Both the position numbers and the translations under genes were made by a program. Positions 50,606 to 60,104 of a DNA stretch of 64,000 nt are shown here, in pieces; the stretch's first letter is position 1; each line of letters opens with the position of its first letter. This DNA comes from Oikopleura dioica (taxonomy: Eukaryota > Animalia > Chordata). The stretch is from NCBI GenBank assembly GCA_907165135.1, contig OU015568.1, positions 5,766,001 to 5,830,000 on the forward strand. Reading direction: 5' to 3'. A model generated the notes under the pieces. The model did not search any database. It had not been told where the DNA came from and saw nothing but the letters and a program-made list of their open reading frames with translations.

Positions 50606-52446
50606 ATGCCCTGTAATTTTGACAAAGAGAAATGGAAGAAAAACGCGAGTTTGGCGATTTATGGACTGACTTTTTTGTTTATTGGAGTTGATTATGCTAT
50701 TCACTTGCCAGGGTTGTACAGTTATTTTATTTCGATTGGGACTGATGGTGCTTATTTTTCGGAAAGTTTGAAAGATAAGAGATTATAGGATAAATTAAAA
50801 AAATTCTTTTATTATTTTTGATAAATTAATTATATAAATAATTTATTTTTGATTATTGATGACTAATTATTTTAAAAAATATTAAAAAAAAACTTATTTT
50901 TATAAATAAAAATGAAAAAAAATCTGAGAAAAACTTTTAAAAGTACGCAGTAGCCATGTTCGCTTCTGGATCCCTAATCGGTGGCCCTTTATTTGGCCTG
51001 TTTTTCGATCGCTGGAACATTCCAAAATTGATCACCGCTTCCGGAGTGCTTTGTATATTTCTCGGGAGCTTCTTGTTTGTTTTACAAAACGAAGTCGCGA
51101 TTCTTTTCGGTCGATTTTTGGCTGGAATCGGCGCTGGAATCGAGGGAGGCATTGTTGGGCTGATTTCGAAGTCGAGCTCGCCTGCGTCGCGGTCGAAGAA
51201 AATTAGTATACTTTATGGCTTGAAACAAATCGGAGTCATCCTCGGCCCCTTGATGATCTCAATCTTCCTCGGCGGGGTGGAAGAAAAGTGCTTCAAGCAG
51301 AATTCTTACGATGATGACTTGTGCATTGTTGGAATCAACAACCACAACTCGACGGGCTACTTTCAATTGGGCTTCTCTGGAATCTTGCTTTTACTCGTCC
51401 TTGTTTTCGCGCAAAATCACGAAGTCAAGCAAATCGAGCCAGAGGCGCAGAAAACAGCAGTTTCTGAAATCAAGCTGCGGCAAATCAAGCCGTTCAAAAT
51501 CATCAACGAAATTTCGATTGTTTGTTGTTTCTCGACCATGGCAATGTACAGCTTACAGTCGTCGACGGAAGCGATTTTACCGCAGTTTACAAAGTATTTT
51601 CTCGGTTTCGGCGCGGTGGAGAATTCCTATGTTTATGCAATTGCTGGTGGGAGCGCGATTTTCGGCTTTTTAGGAAACATTTTTTAAATTTTCCCTCATT
51701 GAAATCAAGGAAGACTCTCTCTCTCTCTCATTTTGAAAATGTTCTTAGCGCTTACTATCATCGTCCGATGCCTCAAATCTCACGAAATTCTGCTCACGGG
51801 CTTGTCGTTTGAGCTCTTTATTTCAGTCATTTTGATGATTGCTCTCGTTTTTGTGGATTTTCAAGCTCCCTGGTTTATTCCCGTCGCTCTTCCTGGCATC
51901 GTCATCGTAAAATTCCATGTCCCCAGGCGTTTCCCTTAACCCGTTTTCTTTCAGTACGCGCTTTTTCTATCATTCATCATCTCCAGCGCTTCAACGATTC
52001 TCTCTAGATCTTCGCCGCCCGAACGACAAAGTCTCATGCAGGTACTCCCGAACACCCCTTAAATCATCATTTCTGTCATTCAGGGAATCAGAATCGCGCT
52101 CGAAAAAGTGTCGATTATCTTGACGAATCTCTTCAGCGGGCAAATTTACAACATCACCACCTCTTTCGCGTCAATTTTTATTCTAACAACGACCTTATTG
52201 ACTCTTGCCGTCGGCTTTGTCGTCACTAGTTGGCGAGTTTTGGATGTTGACGCTGTCCAATTTCTCCACCAGGTATTTCTCGAGAAAATTCGAGTTTTTG
52301 AACGATTTCAGATGCGAAAAATGGAGGAAAGCGAGGTCTTTGAAAACTCAGCGTTTGAAGAAATCTCGACAAAACCTGCTTCTGTTCCTCAAGGAAGTAG
52401 ATTAAGACGGCAAACAACGACAGAAGTCCGTGAAGAGTACCTCTAG
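50606..52446 (+). CDS. MFS transporter, MFSD8/CLN7-like
   Basis: Multiple TM helices, PLFGLFFDRW (MFS motif A-like), GRFLAGIGAG, GVILGP. Confidence 0.85.
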
Positions 52447-52611
52447 AATTTTCTTTCTTTGAATAAATTAACTTTCTATCGATTTTGTTCAAAATAAAAT
52501 TCATATTTTCTCCATCATCGTTTTCAAAAAGAGATTTTATTTGTGTCAGGTTTAAGAAGGTACAGAAGAAAACAATAAATAACGAAGCAAATTATTCTAT
52601 TTCGAGTCGCA

Positions 52612-53012
52612 TCAGTCTTTAAGTTTCTCACATTTGTGTCCTCTGTGGCCTTCGTCGCATATGCATTTGAAGCCTCTTCGCCGTCCTTTTTTGATGGCTA
52701 AAAGTTCAACTGTATATTCTTCAGAACATCTGCTTTTTCGTAAATAGTCGCAGGCTTTGCTTATTTTTCGCCGGATTCTTTTTTCCAACCAAGGGAAATC
52801 GGAATGGAGCGAATTGCACTAAAAATAAAAATAATTCAGATAAAACTTAAAATATCACTTACCAATTTGTGTGGTTGAGGTATTTGTGCTCCTTTTGATT
52901 CCCATACTTGATCGAGTAGATCACAGCTCGAATCTTTCGGCTGCTGTAGATTGGTCGGAAGAGGGCTGGCAGAAATCGTTATCAAGAGATTGAAAAAAGT
53001 AAAAAATTTCAT
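52612..53012 (-). CDS. ~118-aa secreted protein with C-terminal EGF-like motif
   Basis: MKFFTFFNLLITISA signal; one GT-AG intron; ends FKCICDEGHRGHKCEKLKD*. Confidence 0.7.
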
Positions 53013-53542
53013 TTTCAAAATATTTTTTTTTTGAGAAGAATGATTGCTCGAATTGAAACCTATTTCTTTTATCCACCTTTTCCCCTTAACCACTTTTCCT
53101 TCTTCCTTTCCATTTCCCCAAGTCTATTTTCCCTCCCCCAGCGTTCAGCCTAACATGCTCCTAGATAGGGAAAAACGACTGAGCCTAAATAACTAAGAGC
53201 CGCTTCGATTTTTATTGCTCTCGCGCTCGAAAGGATAGCTGACATCACAGGCAAAAATTATCGCAAGGAAAAGGAAAATGTGAAATGCACATTATTTCGC
53301 CAATAAGCCCTTTTTTCAGAAGAAAAACGAGCAAGAAGTCGAAGAAAAATAGAGGAAAAATGTAATTCCATGATCGTAAAATGATAACTCCTCGAAATGT
53401 CAGTTAAATTAACGCTGGAATTTGAAGTCTTTCCTCGGGTACGAAAAGATAGAAATCTTCTTGTTTTTTTTCGAAGAGAGAAGATTTCGAAAAGCAGGTT
53501 GATTTTTTCGCTAATCAAAAAAGACTGAAAAAATTTAAGAAA

Positions 53543-56500
53543 ATGATCCAACCTTGGATGACTTGGAAACAAACATGCGCGGAGACTCAGAAAAGCATGC
53601 AGACAGCCTATGAGCACAACAAAGCATATGGCTTCGACGAGCGTTTGAAATCAAGGAAGACTTCTTTTCACCTCTTTTTTCAGGTTTCTGCCAAGACCAA
53701 GACCCAATCGCGATCGCCTATCAAGCGAAAAAGATTCACGAAGAATGCGTCCTGGTAATTTTTCGTCAAATTTATTTCCGACAGTTTTTTTTTCAGTACA
53801 ATCCTTGTGGTGGTGGAGCAGCGTCAATGAAGATTTCGGTCAATACTGAAAATGGCACGAATGGCACGAATGGCACGAATGGCACGAAATCACTGAAAAT
53901 GGCACGAAAACAGAGACACATTTTTTTGCGAATTAACCTTGAGGAATATTATGAATTAAACTGGAAAATTAACGGATTGATTTGAAACGATAGTTATTAA
54001 ACAACTTGAAAAGTTCATTAATCATGATCAAAATCAAAAAAAAAAAAATTTGAAACTTTTTTAAATTGACCGCAAATTCAGGCCCAAAGAGATTATTTTT
54101 TGAGTGAAATTCCTCAATTTTGCCATTGTCATTGATAAAAAATTGAAATAATAGTGATTTTAGCATAAATGATCAATTTTTCATTGAATACTCAAGTAAT
54201 AAACGCCCGCTCCGCGGGTTTAATGGGAGGAAACTCAAGGGTTGAAAAACAGGATGGTTGGACATTTCCCTTACACAAGCTACCACACATCCCTTACGGG
54301 CTACTAGACAATACAAGTGGCGCAACGGAGCACTCAGCGCCCCAGACAAAGATTCCTTTCGAGCAACTATCTAATGAATGCCTCTCATGCAAGATAAACT
54401 CAGAACAAAGGATTTTTGATTTTGATTTTATTTTTTTATCAATGTAGGTTACAGTATCAGTTTTATTCACAGAATATAAAGAAAAGATAAGGCAGTTTTA
54501 CAAGTTAGGCACAATAGGAGGAAAAATAATGTTGTGAAGAGGCAGTGAAAGCTGTTTAGTCAGAAGAATAATATTTTTTTTAACAAAGTCATTAGGAGCC
54601 ATGAATATAAATTTATTAATTTCGAGAATCCTCTCATACTTATCAATGACTTCCTTTCGGCGAAAATTGAAATCATCATTTTCAACAGAAAGGTTATTGT
54701 CATATTTGAAATCAAAGATGTTCTCAGCTGATTTGGCAAGACTATTAGCACCACAATTATAGAGTTGTTTCAACTTTCCATTAATGCTCTCACAACAATT
54801 ATTTGTAATATGAAATTCTCTAGAATTGAGGTGATAATAATAATTCCAACCATCCATCGATTCTTTTTTCAAATAATTGTCTTTAAAATATTTCATAAAT
54901 TTCCTGAATCCAGGCCTCAATTTCTTTGAAAAAGAATCGACATGAGTCGAGAGCGCCGACATAAAGTCAGAGTGAAAATTTGGGTCGAGAAAGGAAAGAC
55001 CTTTAAAAAGAAGATAAAACTCACAAACTTCAGAATTCGACGTAGGTGTCTCATTTGTGAATTCCATCAACTTTTTCTTGTATGATTTTACCTCGTGAAA
55101 AAAACACTGAGTTACGTGAGCATTGTACATTTCTTCCGCTGCTTTTTTGAGTCCCGGTTCAAAATCGAATACAAAATAACTTATTTTCAATTGTCTACCA
55201 AATCGAATTTGGAATCGATCATTCAAAATGGTAAATAATTGTTTGTAAGTCGAAGTAAGCCGATTTTTCATGAAACAGAAAATAACAGGAAATGCTCGCA
55301 TTTTCTCAGGATTTTTTTGACTAGGTAAAAGGATACATAAAATAAATAACTGAAGAAAATCTAATCCTCTCACCGGTTCCCAAGTTCCGTCTCCGAAAAC
55401 TCCCTGATGCTCATTTATTTGAAATCTTTCTTTCGATGAGTCATCTATGAGTTCCAATTCACTTTCCAGAAAAAACGCGGTCATATTTTCGTTCTCGAAT
55501 TGAAAAAAGGGTACAGATACATCTTTTTCCAAAACGGGATCGTAAACAAGCATCGTTTTTACTGAATCGGGAATTTCATCTTTAGAAGTGTGCGCTCCCG
55601 GGGCTCTCTGAATGGCTTTGTATGCGGATTCTCGAATTTTTCTCTTATCAAAATCAATTTCATTAGCTAAGCGACGACTCGAAATGGCTTTGTTAATATT
55701 AGATGTTTTGAAAATTGAAACAGTTTGATTTTGATGGGAAATTGCGGAATTTTGTTTTGTCAGTTGTCGAAATTTTTGATCGATAATTTTCATAGGAGGA
55801 GGTCCATCTGTACAAGTATGAGTATTTTCGCAAGAAATAACTTCATAGAAAGAAATATTGAAACGATCAGAAGATTGAAAATTGAAATCATTTTTCTTTC
55901 GTTCACACTCCTTTTCGACTCCTGTTTTCGGGTGTTTTCGCATGTACTTGTACTTAGCTGTAGTAATCATCGCTGGACATTTGAGCTTTGCAGAAGCCTT
56001 GCACTTCGAATTCGAGCAAGTCAAAGTGATTGTGGTTGCAGAGGTGGTGTTTCGATGGACGAGTTTGTATCTCTTTTTTCTGTCGCCGTGCTCGAACCAC
56101 CATGCGACTCCATCTTTTCTGTCGGATGTTGTGATCTCGATGAGAAATCCTTTTTCGTCGCTTCCTCTCTTTGCGTCAGTGTCAAGTTTTTTTATTTCTT
56201 TCAAAAAATCCATTTTTTGATTTTTTAGGAATGAGCAAAATGAAGAAAAAGTTCCCCTTATATGAGGAAATTTTGGTGAATCGGCATTCTATTTTTAGAA
56301 CTGAATCGTCCGGTATCGAACTAGAAAGACGGCAAGAAAAGGTGACAACTCTCACGCTCCATTCGAAAGAGCTATCTATTCGATTGAACTCGCTTCTCCA
56401 TCGCCAATTCATTTGAAAGTTCGCTGGGACTTTCGTGATGTCGTCCATGATATCAGCAGAAAATTATCAAATCTAATAGCCCCTTACCTCGGGGCTTCGC

Positions 56501-56992
56501 CCCTTAGGTCCTAAAATGCCGGGGTCTAGTCTAGGGTTACTTAGGGTTACCGAAGGTAACCCTAACTAACCCTAGCCTATCCCCCTCGGGTAAGTTTGTT
56601 CCGTCATTTTTGCAGGTGCCCCCTAACCCTAACCTTTATTCTAGCCAGTACTTGAAACTGGAAAAGTCTTGATCGAAGTTGGAGTCTTGGTAGAAAAGAC
56701 CTGGTGTGAGTGTTTCAATTCGGCGGGGCGGCTCACGGGCGCTACTTTATAACGTCTAGTAGGGCGGTGTGGTAGCCCCTCTCAAATTTTGTGTAAGGGA
56801 AATGTCCAATCTCCCGAAAAACAATAACAAAAAAGTCTCTAGAATTTTACTGAAAATGGCACGATGAAAAGACATGTTTTCGTGCCATTCGTGCCGTTCG
56901 TGCCATTCGTGCCATTCGTGCCATTTTCAGTACTGTCGAAGATTTCTTACTTCTTCTTTTTGATTGTGATCTTTCTTTTCTTCAAAAAATAA
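53543..56992 (+). CDS. Small Cys protein, family member 1, hydrophobic C-tail; last exon interrupted by nested transposons
   Basis: WKQTCAETQKSMQTAY...FCQDQDPIAIAYQAKKIHEECVL/YNPCGGGAASMKIS, then after 56946 YFFFLIVIFLFFKK*; colinear with the paralog at 57834-58167. Confidence 0.75.
54252..56815 (-). mobile_element. Full-length Mutator-like (MULE) DNA transposon, 2564 bp, 8-bp TSD
   Basis: ~100-bp imperfect TIRs (TTGGACATTTCCCTTACACAA...), TSD GAAAAACA at 54244-54251 and 56816-56823, intact transposase ORF. Confidence 0.92.
54498..56213 (-). CDS. MULE transposase, 571 aa
   Basis: N-terminal FLYWCH/WRKY-like Cys/His region, FGDGTW (D), FPVIFCFM, VFDFE (D), CFFH, TNNCCES (E). Confidence 0.92.
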   Translation of the reverse strand: MDFLKEIKKLDTDAKRGSDEKGFLIEITTSDRKDGVAWWFEHGDRKKRYKLVHRNTTSATTITLTCSNSKCKASAKLKCPAMITTAKYKYMRKHPKTGVEKECERKKNDFNFQSSDRFNISFYEVISCENTHTCTDGPPPMKIIDQKFRQLTKQNSAISHQNQTVSIFKTSNINKAISSRRLANEIDFDKRKIRESAYKAIQRAPGAHTSKDEIPDSVKTMLVYDPVLEKDVSVPFFQFENENMTAFFLESELELIDDSSKERFQINEHQGVFGDGTWEPVRGLDFLQLFILCILLPSQKNPEKMRAFPVIFCFMKNRLTSTYKQLFTILNDRFQIRFGRQLKISYFVFDFEPGLKKAAEEMYNAHVTQCFFHEVKSYKKKLMEFTNETPTSNSEVCEFYLLFKGLSFLDPNFHSDFMSALSTHVDSFSKKLRPGFRKFMKYFKDNYLKKESMDGWNYYYHLNSREFHITNNCCESINGKLKQLYNCGANSLAKSAENIFDFKYDNNLSVENDDFNFRRKEVIDKYERILEINKFIFMAPNDFVKKNIILLTKQLSLPLHNIIFPPIVPNL

Positions 56993-57102
56993 ATTCCCGA
57001 GAATAAAATCATCAAAGTCCATTTTCAGCAAATGATCCAAAAAAAATTAATGTTCCGTAAAAAGCAGTGTTAATTTTTCACTGCTTCTTCATTTCGTAAA
57101 AA

Positions 57103-57573
57103 ATGGCTCAGAGACCGGAATGCTTAACTTATCAAAACGACCTAGATAGCTTGTATCAAGCCTGGACTACTGCTTGTGAGATTCAAAGGTCATGTGGGGA
57201 AGATGGTGAGTAAGAAAATTAAATAGTTATGACTTCTGATAATAAGATTTCTGCATGGACAAACAAAATCTGCTGCAACTTGCTGATAAGTCGCTGTATA
57301 ATTGTACAATAGTAAGTTTTATCAAAATATTATCGTAGGGTGGGCAAAGCCTTTGGGGTTTCTTGCGGGAGGAGAGGGAGGCTAGAGGAGCTAGCATGTA
57401 ATTGGTTGATAGGCAGAATACTGAAATCTGATTGGCGGAAAGGATCAGATCTATCCCTATTGCGCCGATTATTGCTAACCCTAACCCTAGCCGACTACGA
57501 GAACTTTGCCCACCCTAAGACCATCTTTTTCAAAATAGTTTTTCAGAGATGGCCTTGCGATGACTTTACGTAA
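57103..57573 (+). CDS. Small Cys protein, family member 3 (divergent, may lack the tail)
   Basis: MAQRPECLTYQNDLDSLYQ...GED/DFCMDKQ...YNCTI/RWPCDDFT*; same intron phases as members 1 and 2. Confidence 0.5.
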
Positions 57574-57833
57574 GTTAACTATTTTTCTCCTTCGCTTTGG
57601 CAACGCATGATTAAAAATGAGAATTAACGAAATTAATTATTAATAATGCTGCTTTGAAATTAAATTTCAAAGCTGAAGAGGATTATTGAAGTCTATTAAC
57701 ACTTTACTCTTCCGTAAAATGACCTTTGTTGTCGTTAATAATTAGCAACACTCCTGAAGAAAGCGCTCATTCGAGTGTTCTTCAACTGTGAAAATTATCC
57801 TTTTTAGTTATTTTTTCATAAATATTCTTCAGA

Positions 57834-58167
57834 ATGTCAGTCTGGGAAACTGCCTGTAACGTGCTTCAATCCACTGTTGATACTGCATACGATCTTGCTG
57901 AGACTGCTGGAAAGCAAGGAGTTGACGGTAAAAAACAGCAAGTATTTCTTGTTGAAAATTTTTAAGCTTTCTGCCTCGAAACAAGCAAAGAATTGTACAT
58001 GGGTCAGGCGAAGGCCGTCAATGCTGACTGCAAAATTGTAAGTTCCATCGTTTTTTTTGGCGCCGAAAAATAAATTCCTTCAGGACTGGCCCTGCTCTAG
58101 CGCTGACTCGATGAAGATCTCATTCCTTCTTCTTGCCATCTTTGCATTTCTGATGATGAAAAACTGA
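57834..58167 (+). CDS. Small Cys protein, family member 2, intact hydrophobic C-tail
   Basis: MSVWETACNVLQSTVDTAY...GVD/AFCLETSKELYMGQAKAVNADCKI/DWPCSSADSMKISFLLLAIFAFLMMKN*; an upstream signal exon is not resolved. Confidence 0.75.
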
Positions 58168-58468
58168 AAATCATCTTATCCAAAAAATCAACTCTGATTC
58201 ATTTTTGATCTCCTTGATTTTAATAAAGATTTTGGGAAATTTTACTTACATTTTTTTGCATTTTATAAGTAAAAAACTCAGAATATCCTGCGAAAACGCA
58301 GATATTGGTGAAAATCAAGCAAAGAAACGATGTTTTTATAGAGAATATATCAAAAAGGTTATTCATGTACGCATATTTAACGGTTGAGCACCTCAACTAA
58401 TTATAACCTCGATTCTACAAGAATAAAAGAACGATGTTTCCAAAAGTTACACAAAATTGAAAACAGAG

Positions 58469-60010
58469 ATGGCTCACGAAAATCGACTCGATTTGAGTTA
58501 CAAGATCGCGATTTTATTCTGGTATTTGGCTTCTGGAGCTGAAATGGTCTGCTACCAGCCGATTTTGCCGGAGTTTTTGGATAAATTGCGCATCAGCCAG
58601 GTTTGGAAATCGGTTTTGATTGGATTAAGCAGATTTTAGGCGCATTTGGGCACGCTGGTGTCGATGTTTGGACTCGCTTCGATGATTGCTTCCCCAATTT
58701 TCGGCAAAATTGCTGATAAAATGGGCCAAAGTCGCCTCCCAGTTCTCATCGCCAATCTCTTTTCCATCTCTGGCCATTTGACAATCCTCCTCAAACGCGA
58801 TCTCTTTTGGCTTTGCGTCGCGAAAATCTTCATCGGAATCGGAATGAGCTGCGATGGCTGCATCCTCGGACAGGTTGGCCGGCAAGTGGCGAAGAGCAGC
58901 AGATCGAGGTTGTTTTCGATATTTTTGGGATTCGGCAAGTCGGGTTGATTTCTTTCCCGATGTGTTTTTATTCTACTGGATTGTATAAATGGCCCGGATT
59001 GGAGAAGTTTCTCGGCGTGCTGATTGACCGATTCAGTTTGCCATCGCTGGTGATGTTGCAAATTTGGACAGGCGTTTTTGCTTGCAATTTTATTTACTAC
59101 ACCAAACAGGTTTGAACTTTCATCAAACGAATTCGACAAAAAAGCTCTAGAAAATCATCAAAATCGAGGAAATCGAAGAAAATTCTGGAACCCTGATCAC
59201 ATCTCAAGCAAGTCTTCTTGAGAGAAATTTCAAAAGCCTGAAAGACAATCTTCTTCATGAATTGGTCATTGTTGGAATTCTAGGTACTTCTTTATTGAAA
59301 TCAACAACGACTCACTCATTCTTTTAGGCTCTGTTTCCGCTGCAACGACGGTTGTGACGATGGAAGCTGTCATTGGTCCGATTACGACTCGATATCTCGA
59401 CTGGACGGCGAACGATTTGGCAGCACTTCACATTCTTTGCGGGACCAGCTCGATCTCTGGATATGCGCTGATCAAGCCCCTTTCACGATGGGCGAACCAG
59501 CCTCGACTCATGGCAAACGCAGCTCTTTCAATAAGTATCAATCCAACTTTGAACAAGTTTTCGACATTTTTTCTAGACATTTCGGTGCTTGTTCTTGCGA
59601 GCATCTTGTCAGTTTCGACGTCGAACCAGAGCATCGTCACTTTTTTATTCATGATAGGAGCGGTCATCTTCAGCTTTTACATCCCCCATCTTTACGCTCT
59701 TGGAGCCTCGTTGGTCTCTAGAAATTGCCACCCGGACAATCAAGCAGCTATTCAAGGCAATGGCTCAAGTCTCAACCATTTTATCATCCCGAAAAAAGGC
59801 GTTGAAAGCCATGAAAAAGGCATCCGAATCGGGCTTGGAAACACTATGCTTGCAATCGGACCATTATGGGCCGGGCACACCCTACCACTCGCGATGTACT
59901 CGAATCTTTTTCTGGTGATTTTCGTCTGGGTCATTCTTTTTCTTGGGATTTTTCTTGTTTTCTTGTTTTTCTCGAGGGAAATACTGAAAATCGACTGCAA
60001 ATCAACTTGA
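58469..60010 (+). CDS. Second MFSD8-like MFS transporter with an apparent 1-nt frameshift
   Basis: SPIFGKIADKMG, KIFIGIGMSCDG; aligns with 50606-52446; frame shifts at ~58927-58930. Confidence 0.8.
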
Positions 60011-60104
60011 CTACTGATCCAAGATCTTTGAATAAGTGTGTTTTTATTAAAATATACAAAAGAAAGAAAGAATAAATATACAGCTAAAAATCGAGAATGT
60101 CATT

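Larger units (their letters stand above)
53838..56937. mobile_element. Outer TIR element with (ATGGCACGA)n subterminal repeats and 9-bp TSD (MULE-like MITE), host of the MULE
   Basis: CA(A/G)TACTGAAAATGGCACGAA inverted ends; direct repeat GAAGATTTC at 53829-53837 and 56938-56946. Confidence 0.85.

Noticed and set aside
55725-56228. Plus-strand ORFs overlapping the transposase; also 40463..41374 antisense to the flippase
   Set aside because: Shadow frames of real coding sequence on the opposite strand.
56520-56640. TTAGGG/CCCTAA motifs as an interstitial telomere (also ~6395, ~16450, ~57478)
   Set aside because: Only 1-3 degenerate units each, inside TE or intronic sequence.
9532-60010. Lysosomal CLN gene cluster (TPP1 plus two MFSD8-like genes)
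   Set aside because: About 37 kb and many unrelated genes separate them; MFSD8 orthology is not proven.
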